From an uncultured Acidobacteriota bacterium (GTDB lineage Bacteria > Acidobacteriota > Thermoanaerobaculia > UBA5066 > Gp7-AA6): DNA of 64,000 nucleotides. A program made the translations under genes and the position numbers. This document shows, in pieces, positions 45,694-54,025 of the stretch (positions within the stretch are counted from its first letter, which is position 1; the number at the start of each line of letters is the position of its first letter). The stretch lies in the NCBI GenBank assembly GCA_963775725.1, contig CAVZKA010000001.1:740309-804308 (forward strand). Direction: 5' to 3'. The notes below the pieces were generated by a model. It made no database searches. It saw nothing but the letters and a program-made list of their open reading frames with translations, and was not told the DNA's origin.

Positions 45694-46146
45694 GTGACCT
45701 TGAAACCGGCTGGCCGCCCCCCGAGTGATCGCATCGCCCGGCGAATGGTCCAGTTCGCCGGCTTCGTGTTCTACCTGCTCTCGGTCCAGGCCCTGGTGAC
45801 GGCCGGGGTCGGGGTCCACGTCTTCGTGACGGGCGGCAGCGCCCAGGACCTGCTGTTGCCGTGCATGTCGGGGATCCTGGCCTGCTGCTACGTGCTCGTC
45901 GGCTTCCACCTGCGCCGCTACCGGCTGTGGGCCCGGAACTTCGCGTTCGCGTTCGCGGGGACCAGCGTCTTCGCGTTTCCCGTCGGGACGGGACTCGGCC
46001 TCGTGATCGTGGGTCTCGTGGCCGGCGCCAACCGCGCCCGCCTCTTCCCACAGCTGCGCCGGCACCCGGCCGCGGCCGAAGCGGTCGAGGAGGAGTGGCC
46101 GCTGCTGCGCTTCGAGCCGGAGCTCTTCCCCGAGCAGGCCGGGTAG
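45694..46146 (+). CDS. Hypothetical membrane protein
   Basis: GTG start with GGGAGG upstream. TM segments FAGFVFYLLSVQALVTAGVGVHVFV, ILACCYVLVGF and FAFAFAGTSVFAFPVGTGLGLVIVGLVAG. The antisense long ORF 44869..46065 is rejected. Confidence 0.4.
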   Translation: MTLKPAGRPPSDRIARRMVQFAGFVFYLLSVQALVTAGVGVHVFVTGGSAQDLLLPCMSGILACCYVLVGFHLRRYRLWARNFAFAFAGTSVFAFPVGTGLGLVIVGLVAGANRARLFPQLRRHPAAAEAVEEEWPLLRFEPELFPEQAG

Positions 46147-46212
46147 CGCGGGCGGGCCCCGGAAGGGCGCCGACGCCTCGCTTGCCGATCCCCGTTACGG
46201 GATACTAGGCAC

Positions 46213-46548
46213 ATGCTGAACAAGGCGTTCATCACGTCCGCCCTCGATCTGCCCGGCTACCGGATCTCCCGGAACTTCGGCATCGTGCGGGGAATCGTCG
46301 TCCGTTCGCGGAGCATCGTCGGGACCATCGGCGCCGGGATCCAGAGCCTCTTCGGCGGCAACATCACGCTCTGGACCGAGATGTGCGAGCACGCGCGCCA
46401 GGAAGCCTTCGACCTCATGGCGCGCCACGCCGAGCAGATGGGCGCCAACGCCATCGTCGCGTTCCGCTACGACGCGACCGAGGTGTCCCCAGGGGTCACC
46501 GAGGTGCTGGCCTACGGCACCGCGATCCTCGTCGAGCCGGAACGGTAA
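46213..46548 (+). CDS. YbjQ/DUF74-family protein
   Basis: [18 protein letters not shown]...[35 protein letters not shown]...[14 protein letters not shown]...[10 protein letters not shown]. Full-length family match of ~110 aa. Confidence 0.75.
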   Translation: MLNKAFITSALDLPGYRISRNFGIVRGIVVRSRSIVGTIGAGIQSLFGGNITLWTEMCEHARQEAFDLMARHAEQMGANAIVAFRYDATEVSPGVTEVLAYGTAILVEPER

Positions 46549-46601
46549 GGGCGCGCCACGTGCTTTCGATCCTCGGCCCGCGCCGCGGTGGGAGGTAGGG
46601 G

Positions 46602-46904
46602 ATGAAGGGAATCCTGATCTGGGTCCTGCTCGGGGCATTGCTCGGGATCGTCGCGGCGTCCTTCATCGTGCCGCCCATGCTGGGCTGGTACAACGAGGCC
46701 GGGTACCTGTCGCAGGGCAACCAGGCCGCGGCGATGGTCAACCTGCCGGAAGTCGTGCGCTATGCGACGACGCGGCTGATCCGGGGACAGGCCATCGGCG
46801 GATTGATCGGCGCCGTGGTCTTCCTGGTGCTGGGCCTGTCCTTCGGCGGCCGGAGCAGGCGTCGCGCCGCGGCGACGCCCGCGGACCCTCAGCGCATCCA
46901 GTAG
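46602..46904 (+). CDS. Small hypothetical membrane protein (2 TM)
   Basis: GGGAGGTAGGGG upstream of the ATG. Segments ILIWVLLGALLGIVAASFIV and LIGAVVFLVLGLSF. Confidence 0.45.
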   Translation: MKGILIWVLLGALLGIVAASFIVPPMLGWYNEAGYLSQGNQAAAMVNLPEVVRYATTRLIRGQAIGGLIGAVVFLVLGLSFGGRSRRRAAATPADPQRIQ

Positions 46905-47866
46905 TCGTACGCGGCGCGGGCGATCGCGGCGATCGCCTTCTCGCGCTCGGCGAGGCTTCGGTCGGAGCCCTTGACCAGGACGGCGATGGCCAGGTGGCCG
47001 CGGCCGCCCGGCAGCGTCACGATCCCGATGTCGTTGGTGCAGATGTTCGCGGCCCCGAGGTCGAAGCCGGTTCCGGTGCGGTGCGCGACCGGAGTGTCCG
47101 CGGGCAGCTGACCCTTCAGGCGGCCGGAGCCCGGGCGCGTGCGGAGCATGAGCGCGAGCAGGCGCTCGCGGCTGTCCGCGGCGAGCCGGCGCCCTTCCTG
47201 GACCTGGCGCAGCAGCTGGACGAGCGCGTTGGGGGTCGCCGTGTCGCGGGGGTCGGCGAGGAACTTCGCGAAGGCCTCGCGGCGCGCCGCCGCCGGCACG
47301 GAGTCGATGGCCGCGCGGATCGTCGCGAGCGTCCGCGAGGGCCGCAGGGGGGCCGCCGCGACGCCGGCCGCGTCGAAGGCGAGCTCGAGCTCGGACCGGT
47401 CCACCCGGATGTCCCCGAGGCCGACGGCATCGAGCTGCGCGGTGACGGTCTCGGGCCCGCCCGCGAGCGGCAGGAGGAGGTCGACGGCCGTGTTGTCACC
47501 GTCGACGAGCATCGCCTCGAGCAGCTCGCCGACCGTGAGCGCGATGCCTCCGTTGGGAGCGCGCTCGGACAGCGAGCCGCCGAGGCGCATGTCGGCGGGG
47601 GCCAGTACCATCTTCTGGTCGAGGCGCACCGCGCCGCGGTCGGCGCGGGAAAGCAACTCCACGGCGACGGCCAGCTTGAAGACGCTCGCCATCGGGAAGC
47701 GCTCGTTGCCATGGAGCGAGGCGCCGCGGCCGGTCTCGAGATTCAGGACCGAGACGCCGACGGTTCCCCCGGCGGTCGCCGCGATCGCGCGGAACCTCTC
47801 CTCCAGGACGGCGCGGGGATCGGCGGGCCGGGCGACGAGCGCGAGCAGCAGGAGCAGGGCGGTCAT
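46889..47866 (-). CDS. Class-A-like beta-lactamase-fold serine hydrolase with variant motifs
   Basis: C-terminal 325 aa of track ORF 46889..48211, starting MTALLLLLALVARPA (signal). SxxK in RFPMASVFKLAVAVELL. The SDN-position is DGDNTA and the KTG-position reads RTGTG. Confidence 0.7.
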   Translation of the reverse strand: MTALLLLLALVARPADPRAVLEERFRAIAATAGGTVGVSVLNLETGRGASLHGNERFPMASVFKLAVAVELLSRADRGAVRLDQKMVLAPADMRLGGSLSERAPNGGIALTVGELLEAMLVDGDNTAVDLLLPLAGGPETVTAQLDAVGLGDIRVDRSELELAFDAAGVAAAPLRPSRTLATIRAAIDSVPAAARREAFAKFLADPRDTATPNALVQLLRQVQEGRRLAADSRERLLALMLRTRPGSGRLKGQLPADTPVAHRTGTGFDLGAANICTNDIGIVTLPGGRGHLAIAVLVKGSDRSLAEREKAIAAIARAAYDYWMR

Positions 47867-47886
47867 GTCCCCGAGTATACGGAGCA

Positions 47887-47919
47887 ATAAAAAGGCCGGC
47901 GACCCCGAGGGCCGCCGGC
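47887..47919 (-). terminator. Intrinsic terminator after the DUF5666 gene
   Basis: Minus-strand reading: GCCGGCGGCCCTCGGGGTCGCCGGC hairpin followed by CTTTTTATT (plus strand: aataaaaagGCCGGCGaccccgagggCCGCCGGC). Confidence 0.55.
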
Positions 47920-47945
47920 GCGAAGGGAGGAACCGGAGAGATCGT

Positions 47946-49103
47946 TCAGTCGTCCGAGCCCGAGTCGTTGCTTCCGTGGCCGTGGTGGCCGCTTCCGCTG
48001 GTGGTGGTGCTGCCGCTGTTGCCGCTCCCGCCCGTGGAGGGGGTGGAGCCGCCGTGGTCGTCGCCCGAATCGTGGTTGGAGCCGTCGTCGCTGCGGCTGC
48101 CGCTGCCGCTGCCATTGCCGTGGTCGTTGCCGTGGTCGTCGTTCTGGTCGTTGCCGTCCTCGAGCTTGATCTCGCTCGCGGAGAGGGAGCCGTCGGCCGC
48201 CTTCGTCGCATGGACCTCGACGGTGCTGCCGACCACGGGGGCCCCCAGGATCTGCGTCGTCGCGTCGATGCCGACGACCTGCCCGGAGATCGTCCACGAC
48301 GTGTCGCCGATGCCCTCGACGGTTCCGACGAATTCGACTTCGGCCCCGGCCGCGTCGTCGTCCGCCTCGATGCGATCCGCGATCGACGCGCCCGCGGCGT
48401 CGTCGTGGAACTTGACCTCGACCACGTCGCCCACGCCCGGGTCGCCTTCGAACGTGGTCTGGTCGTCGATCGTGAAGACCTTCGCGTCGATGGTCCACGC
48501 CGTGTCGCTGACCGCCGTGACGACGCCCTTCAACTCCTGGTCCTCACCGGTCTCGACGCTGTCCGACGCCGGGTGGATCTCGGCGGCCCGCAGGGTCCCC
48601 GCCGTCGTCGGGACGAGCGTCGCGGCGATGGTCGCTCCGGATCGGAGGTCGCGCGCGGAGCGGAGGCTCCCGGAGGCGGAGCGCCCCGAGAAGCTCGTGT
48701 GGCGGTCGATCTCGATCTCGACGCCCTGCACCTCGATGTGGTTCCGGTCGTCCGCGATGCGCCCGATCGAGCCCGTCACGGAGAGGGGGCTCTTCGACTC
48801 GACCACGACGTGGTCCGCGCGGAGGCGGCCGTCCGACCCCCGATCACCGACGCGAAGCGTCACCGATGTGCCGGGCGCGAGCGTCTGCGCGGCGAGGGAG
48901 CGCCCGGAAATCATCTCGGTCACGCTTCCCGCCAGGCGGAAGTGCGCGGACACGCCGACGAGCGCGAGGTCGTCGCCCTGGACCGAAGCCACCGTGCCCG
49001 ACCACGCGCCCGCGTTCTGCGCGGCGCGCGCCGACGCCGACCCGAAGAGAACCGCCACCACCGCCGCGATTGCCTGGATGAACCGCTTTCTCGAGGGAAC
49101 CAT
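47946..49103 (-). CDS. Secreted tandem DUF5666-repeat protein with a His/Asp/Gly/Ser-rich C-terminal tail
   Basis: From MVPSRKRFIQAIAAVVAVLFGSASARA (signal) inside track ORF 47946..49166. Repeated modules: ...SVTGSIGRIADDRNHIEVQGVEIEID..., ...VVTAVSDTAWTIDAKVFTIDDQTTFEG..., ...FVGTVEGIGDTSWTISGQVVGIDATTQI.... Tail: DGNDQNDDHGNDHGNGSGSGSRSDDGSNHDSGDDHGGS...GSGHHGHGSNDSGSDD. Confidence 0.6.
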   Translation of the reverse strand: MVPSRKRFIQAIAAVVAVLFGSASARAAQNAGAWSGTVASVQGDDLALVGVSAHFRLAGSVTEMISGRSLAAQTLAPGTSVTLRVGDRGSDGRLRADHVVVESKSPLSVTGSIGRIADDRNHIEVQGVEIEIDRHTSFSGRSASGSLRSARDLRSGATIAATLVPTTAGTLRAAEIHPASDSVETGEDQELKGVVTAVSDTAWTIDAKVFTIDDQTTFEGDPGVGDVVEVKFHDDAAGASIADRIEADDDAAGAEVEFVGTVEGIGDTSWTISGQVVGIDATTQILGAPVVGSTVEVHATKAADGSLSASEIKLEDGNDQNDDHGNDHGNGSGSGSRSDDGSNHDSGDDHGGSTPSTGGSGNSGSTTTSGSGHHGHGSNDSGSDD

Positions 49104-49233
49104 CTTCCGCCTCCTTCCGGCCGCTTGTGTCGAGATCGGCCGGCGAGGGGAGATTAGGATGCGCAAGGAGCGCGGCGCCGTTTTTCATTTCGCGCTCATC
49201 GAACCTTGAGAGACTCTTAATTCGGACCAGAGC

Positions 49234-49854
49234 GTGCAGGAAGAATTTCTCGTCGAAGGCCCCGGTGACGCGCGACACGTCGTCGTGCTGGCGCACGGCG
49301 CGGGCGCGCCGATGGACTCGCCGTTCATGAACCGCGTCAGCGCGGGCCTCGCGTCGCGCGGGATCCGCGTCGCGCGCTTCGAGTTCGCGTACATGGCGAA
49401 GCGGCGCACGGAAGGCCGGCGCGGCGCCCCCGACCGCGAGCCGGCGCTGCGCGCGCGCTGGAAGGAAGCGATCGAACGATCCGGCGGCGGCCCGCGCGTC
49501 GTGATCGGAGGCAAGTCGCTTGGCGGCCGGATCGCGAGCATGGTCGCCGACGAGGTCGAAGCGCGCGGCCTCCTGTGCTTCGGCTATCCGTTCCATCCTC
49601 CCGGCGAGCCGGAGCGCCTCCGCACGGCGCACCTCGCGGACCTGCGCACGCCCGCGCTCTTTCTCCAGGGCACGCGCGACCCCTTCGGCACGCGCGAGGA
49701 CGTCGCCGGCTACGCCTTGTCCCCCGCGATCCGCATCGCGTGGCTGGAGGCGGGGGACCACTCCTTCAAGCCGCCCGCCCGCTCGGGCCGCACGGAGGCG
49801 CAGAACGTCGAGGAGGCGATCGCCGTCGCCGCGGCGTTCGTCGAGGGGCTGTAG
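49234..49854 (+). CDS. Alpha/beta-fold hydrolase (dienelactone-hydrolase/KANL3-like)
   Basis: GTG start. VVVLAHGAGAPMDSPFM, GGKSLGGRIAS (GxSxG nucleophile elbow), then DHSF supplying the His. Confidence 0.65.
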   Translation: MQEEFLVEGPGDARHVVVLAHGAGAPMDSPFMNRVSAGLASRGIRVARFEFAYMAKRRTEGRRGAPDREPALRARWKEAIERSGGGPRVVIGGKSLGGRIASMVADEVEARGLLCFGYPFHPPGEPERLRTAHLADLRTPALFLQGTRDPFGTREDVAGYALSPAIRIAWLEAGDHSFKPPARSGRTEAQNVEEAIAVAAAFVEGL

Positions 49855-49884
49855 CCGCAGCGGGAGTCGTTGCCGTACTTGGGG

Positions 49885-49973
49885 TCGTAGGGGCGGCCCT
49901 TGGACCGCCCGGGCGGCCAAACAGGAGGCGCTACTCGCGATCGCAACCCGGGCGGGGCAAGCCCCGCCCCTAC
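49885..49973. repeat. MITE/REP-like element copy B, inverted relative to copy A
   Basis: Termini (G)GGTCGTAGGGGCGG ... CCGCCCCTACGACC(C) form 11-15 bp TIRs. The reverse complement aligns with copy A over ~27 bp at each end (GTAGGGGCGGGGCTTGCCcCGCCCGGG ... GGGCGGtCCAAGGGCCGCCCCTAC). It sits between convergent genes 49234..49854 (+) and 49970..51055 (-). Confidence 0.65.
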
Positions 49974-51055
49974 GACCCCGACGTTTGCTCCGGGTCGACC
50001 GGCGGGGGCGCGGCGAGCAGCGGCCGCACGAAGGGGCGCACGAGCCGTCCGAGGATGCTACTCGCCGGCTCACCGCGGGCGAGCGCCTGGAGACGCCGGA
50101 CCTGCTCGACGGCGAGGTAGGCGACCGGCAACAGCCAGATCACCGACCACGCGACGCCGTCGTTCGCGCCGTATGCGGACAGCGAGACGAAGGCGTTCAG
50201 CACGGACGCCGCGAGGAGCACCGACGCGGTGATCCGGCCCCAGCGCACGGCGTCGAACCCGAATCGCCCCGCGAGGAATTCCTGCTCGCCGACGGAGAGG
50301 AACGCGAGCGCGGGCTCGAGGACGTGGAAGCGATCCTGGAGGCCCTTCTCGTCGAGCGGTTCCGCGGCGCGGGCGGCGGCCTGACGCGGCGCTCCCGGTT
50401 TGCGCAGCGAACGCCACAGGAGGATCGCGAAGACGACCGGCAGCGATCCCATCGGCTCCTGCCCCGCGATCGCGCTCGCCAGGCGCAGCGCCGATTCGCC
50501 GAAGAGGTAGGCGGCGACGGGCAGGGGCGGCGCGAGCCACGAAGGCGCATCCAGCGCGGCACCGGCGTTGTGCACGAGAAAGGCCACGAGGCCGAGAAAT
50601 CCGATGACGAAGAGAGGAACCGCCGAGGCGATCGTCATCTTCGAGGCGGGGGCCCCGAAGTCCCGCTCCATCTTCTTCTGCATGTCCGCCGGCAACAGTC
50701 CCGCGAGCGGAGCCAGGACGATGGCCAGGCGCCGCTTCCCGTCGTCGGCGCGGCGGTCGCGGCGATCCGCGGCGCGGAGGTTCTCGGAGGCCTCGTCGTA
50801 TTGCTCGAGCCGGCGGATGGCGTGGTTCTCCGGCCAGGGGGAGAGCCGGTACAGCATCCCGCCCCGGGGGGTCGGATCCGCGCCGAGGACCTCGTAGATG
50901 CGGCCTTCCCACGCGATCGCCGTGCCCGGGTACTCGGCGCTGCGCAAGGTCTTCCCGCTGCGCGCGGTCCAGGCTTTCGCGAACGGGCAGGAGAGCTCAA
51001 TCTCGCCGCTCGCGCGGGTTCGGACCTGGTCGGCGCCGTAGGCGCGCGGGGTCAT
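49970..51055 (-). CDS. Hypothetical membrane protein
   Basis: C-terminal 361 aa of track ORF 49970..51967, starting MTPRAYGADQVRTRASGE. It has a soluble N-terminal part followed by ~6 TM segments (IASAVPLFVIGFLGLVAFLV, LPVVFAILLW, ITASVLLAASVLNAFVSL, VAWSVIWLLPVAYLAV). The rest of the track ORF is antisense to xth and low-complexity. Confidence 0.45.
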   Translation of the reverse strand: MTPRAYGADQVRTRASGEIELSCPFAKAWTARSGKTLRSAEYPGTAIAWEGRIYEVLGADPTPRGGMLYRLSPWPENHAIRRLEQYDEASENLRAADRRDRRADDGKRRLAIVLAPLAGLLPADMQKKMERDFGAPASKMTIASAVPLFVIGFLGLVAFLVHNAGAALDAPSWLAPPLPVAAYLFGESALRLASAIAGQEPMGSLPVVFAILLWRSLRKPGAPRQAAARAAEPLDEKGLQDRFHVLEPALAFLSVGEQEFLAGRFGFDAVRWGRITASVLLAASVLNAFVSLSAYGANDGVAWSVIWLLPVAYLAVEQVRRLQALARGEPASSILGRLVRPFVRPLLAAPPPVDPEQTSGS

Positions 51056-51170
51056 GCCGATGAGCTTACAGGCGCCGGGCGTTTCGAGGGGCGCTCGACG
51101 CGCCCATGGGGGCCGGCAGCGTTTGCGGGCGCAGTTCGCGAAATCCCCGTAAGGGTATAGCGTTAGGGCG

Positions 51171-51437
51171 ATGGCTCGCGGTTGGGGGAAAAGCGAGGAG
51201 GACCTCGGCGCGGAGAAGGAAGCCGCCAGGGAGGCCGCGGACGAGGCCGCGGCGCGCCCGGATCGGGCCCACGCGGACGCGCTCGTGCGCCGCCGCTCTC
51301 TCGAGCTCTCGCTCGCGCGCATCGAGGACCTGCTGGCCAAGACCGACAACCCGGCCCGGCGCGCGGCGCTCGAGTCGGCCCGCGCCGAGCTGCAGGAGCG
51401 GCTGGCCGCCGACGGCCCCGGGCCCGACCCGCAATGA
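51171..51437 (+). CDS. Small helical hypothetical protein translationally coupled to xth
   Basis: Track ORF of 88 aa: MARGWGKSEEDLGAEKEAAREAADEAAARPDRAHADALVRRRSLELSLARIEDLLAKTDNPARRAALESARAELQERLAAD. Its TGA overlaps the xth ATG. Confidence 0.3.
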   Translation: MARGWGKSEEDLGAEKEAAREAADEAAARPDRAHADALVRRRSLELSLARIEDLLAKTDNPARRAALESARAELQERLAADGPGPDPQ

Positions 51438-52198
51438 GGGTCGCGACCTGGAACGTCAACGGGATCCGCGCCCGCGAATCCCAGGTGCGGGAGTGGATCG
51501 CCCTCGACCGCCCCGACGCCGTCTGCCTCCAGGAGATCAAGGCGAAGCCCGAGCAGATTCCCGCGATGCTCTTCGAGTCCGAGGGCTACTGGTGCTACTG
51601 GCATGGCGCGGGGGGCTACTCCGGCGTGGCGCTCCACGTGCGCAAGGACCTGTGTCCCGAGCGCCCGATTTTCACGCACCCCGCGTTCGACCACGAGACG
51701 CGGATCGTCGCTGCCGATATCGGCGGGATCACCGTGGCGTCGGTGTACGTGCCCAACGGCGGCAAGGACTATCCCTCGAAGCTCCGCTTTCTCGAATCGC
51801 TCGAGAGCTACGCCGCCGAGCGCCGGGCGGCCGGCCGGGAGCTGCTGATCTGCGGCGACCTGAACGTCGCGCGCACCGATCGCGACGTGCACCCGCGCGA
51901 GCGCAAGGCCGACGCGATCGGCCAGCGCCCCGACGAGCGCGCGCTCTTCGAGAAGATGATGTCGCACGGCCTCGTGGACGTCGGCCGCGCGCTCGACCCG
52001 GACAACGAGGGGCTCTTCACCTGGTGGCCGCCCTGGCGCAACATGCGCCAGCGCAACATGGGCTGGCGGATCGATTTCATCCTGGCGAGCGAATCACTGG
52101 CCGCGCGCGCGAAGTCGTGCGTCGTGCGTCCGGAGGTCGGCACGAGCGACCATGCTCCCGTCGTCGCGGACTTCGACGAGTTACGGAGGCTTCCATGA
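51434..52198 (+). CDS. xth: Exodeoxyribonuclease III
   Basis: From MRVATWNVNGIRARESQVREWIA inside track ORF 51182..52198. Motifs CLQEIK, VASVYVPNGG, ICGDLNV, WRIDFIL and SDHAPV are all present. ~254 aa. Confidence 0.85.
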   Translation: MRVATWNVNGIRARESQVREWIALDRPDAVCLQEIKAKPEQIPAMLFESEGYWCYWHGAGGYSGVALHVRKDLCPERPIFTHPAFDHETRIVAADIGGITVASVYVPNGGKDYPSKLRFLESLESYAAERRAAGRELLICGDLNVARTDRDVHPRERKADAIGQRPDERALFEKMMSHGLVDVGRALDPDNEGLFTWWPPWRNMRQRNMGWRIDFILASESLAARAKSCVVRPEVGTSDHAPVVADFDELRRLP

Positions 52199-54003
52199 AG
52201 GCATCCCGGGCCCTGCTTGGCATCATCGCGGCCGCCCTCACCGTGGGAGCGTCCAATCCGAGCGTTTCCATCGAACGGATCGAGAAGGGGCTGCGCCCCC
52301 CCGTCCTCATCGAGGGAGACAGGACGTGGACGCTCGAAGAGCGAATGAAGCTCTTCCACGTCAACGGGCTTTCCGTGGCCGTGTTCCGGGACTACCAGAT
52401 CGCGTGGGCGAAAGCGTATGGATTCGCGGACGAGACGGCGGGCGTGAAGGCGACGGAAACCACGCTCTTCCAGGCGGGCTCGGTGAGCAAGCCGGTCGCG
52501 GCGATGGGGGCGCTGAAGCTCGTCGAGGAAGGCAAGCTCTCGCTCGACAAGGACATCAACGCGTACCTCAAGAGCTGGAAGATCCCCGAAAACGACCTGA
52601 CGAAGAAAACGCCGGTGACGCTGGAGATGCTCCTCTCCCACACGGGCGGGCTGACGGTCCACGGTTTCGCCGGCTATGCGGCCGACGCGAAGGTGCCGAC
52701 GGTGGTCGAGCTGCTCGACGGGGCGGCTCCGGCCAATTCGGCCCCGATCCGCGTCGATCTCGCGCCGGGCACGCAGTACCGGTACTCGGGCGGCGGCTAC
52801 ACGATCGCGCAGCTCGCGATGACGGACGTGACGGGCCAGACCTTCCCGAGCCTGCTCGAGGCGCTGGTGTTGAAGCCGCTCGGGATGACGCAGAGCACGT
52901 ACGATCAGCCGCTTCCCGCGGCGCTCGTCCCGAAAGCCGCAGCCGGTTACTCCGCCGACGGCAAGGAAGTTCCCGGCAAACGCCACGTGTATCCCGAGAT
53001 GGCCGCCGCGGGCCTGTGGACGACGCCGTCGGACCTCGCGCGCTTCGGGATCGGCCTGCAGAACATCCTGCGCGGAAAGCCGGGCCCCATCTCGAAGGCC
53101 ATGGCCGAGCGCATGACGACGGCCGTGCGCGAGGGCTACGGCCTCGGCCTCGCGGTGGCCGAGAAGGATGGCGCGTACTTTTCCCACGATGGCGCCGACG
53201 AAGGATTCCAGACGCTCTTCATCGGCCACAAGACGAAGGGCTACGGCGTCGCGATCATGGCCAACTCCGACGCGGGCTTCAAGGTGATGCCGGAGTTGCT
53301 GCGCGCAATCGGCGCCGAGTACGGATGGGAGGGCTTCCCGGAGGCGCCGCTGCGCCTGGCCCACCTGACGGCCGAGCAGCTCGCCGCGGTGGCCGGGCGG
53401 TACAGGCTCGGCACGGACGAGGTGCTGGTCGTGACGCCGAAGGGCGACGCCCTCGATTGCCGCGTGACATTCGGCGAACCGTTCACGCTCGTGCCCGTCT
53501 CTCCCATCGCGTTCGCGCGGCGCGACGAGAACACGCGCTACATCCTTGCGAACAGCTGGGTGAGGGTCGATCCGGGCGGCGTGCCGGGCAAGGAGTTTCC
53601 GCGGATGACGGCCAGGGCGCACGTTCCGTCCGAGGACCTCGAGGCCGGCCGCGTGGACGAAGCGCTGGCCGCCTACCGCAAGCTCAAGGAGACCAACCCG
53701 TCGGATCCGGCCGTGGCCGAGCAGCGGTTCAACAACGTCGGGTACCGCCTGATCATGCAGAAGGAGTACCCGAAGGCAATCGCGATCCTCCAGCTGAACA
53801 CGGAGCTCTATCCCGCGTCGTGGAACACTTACGACAGCCTCGCCGAGGCGTACATGGCCAGCGGCGACAAGGAGAAGGCGGTCGCGCTCTACCGCAAGTC
53901 CCTGGAAGTGATCGAGGCCGACCCGAAGGCGACCGCCGAACAGAAGACGGCGATGAAGGGCAACGGGCTCGCGAAGTTGAAGGAGCTCGGCGCGACGCCC
54001 TAG
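52195..54003 (+). CDS. Beta-lactamase-fold serine hydrolase with a C-terminal TPR-like domain
   Basis: From MKASRALLGIIAAALTVGASNPSVS (signal) at the ATGA overlap with xth. SxxK in LFQAGSVSKPVAAMGALKL, plus YSGGGY and HDGA. The C-terminus (AAYRKLKETNPSDPAVAEQRFNNVGYRLIMQKEYPKAIAILQLNTELYPASWNTYDSLAEAYMASGDKEKAVALYRKSLEV) is TPR-like. Track ORFs 51106..54003, 52152..54308 and 51808..53622 are composite or spurious. Confidence 0.8.
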   Translation: MKASRALLGIIAAALTVGASNPSVSIERIEKGLRPPVLIEGDRTWTLEERMKLFHVNGLSVAVFRDYQIAWAKAYGFADETAGVKATETTLFQAGSVSKPVAAMGALKLVEEGKLSLDKDINAYLKSWKIPENDLTKKTPVTLEMLLSHTGGLTVHGFAGYAADAKVPTVVELLDGAAPANSAPIRVDLAPGTQYRYSGGGYTIAQLAMTDVTGQTFPSLLEALVLKPLGMTQSTYDQPLPAALVPKAAAGYSADGKEVPGKRHVYPEMAAAGLWTTPSDLARFGIGLQNILRGKPGPISKAMAERMTTAVREGYGLGLAVAEKDGAYFSHDGADEGFQTLFIGHKTKGYGVAIMANSDAGFKVMPELLRAIGAEYGWEGFPEAPLRLAHLTAEQLAAVAGRYRLGTDEVLVVTPKGDALDCRVTFGEPFTLVPVSPIAFARRDENTRYILANSWVRVDPGGVPGKEFPRMTARAHVPSEDLEAGRVDEALAAYRKLKETNPSDPAVAEQRFNNVGYRLIMQKEYPKAIAILQLNTELYPASWNTYDSLAEAYMASGDKEKAVALYRKSLEVIEADPKATAEQKTAMKGNGLAKLKELGATP

Positions 54004-54025
54004 GTATCGTTTCTCAACACGTTAT

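Noticed and set aside
44869-46065. 398-aa minus-strand ORF 44869..46065
   Set aside because: Spans the FGE-domain gene antisense, then the intergenic terminator region and a plus-strand membrane protein. A real gene would not read through an 8-T tract on its own template strand in frame by chance composition. The translation is Arg/Pro-rich.
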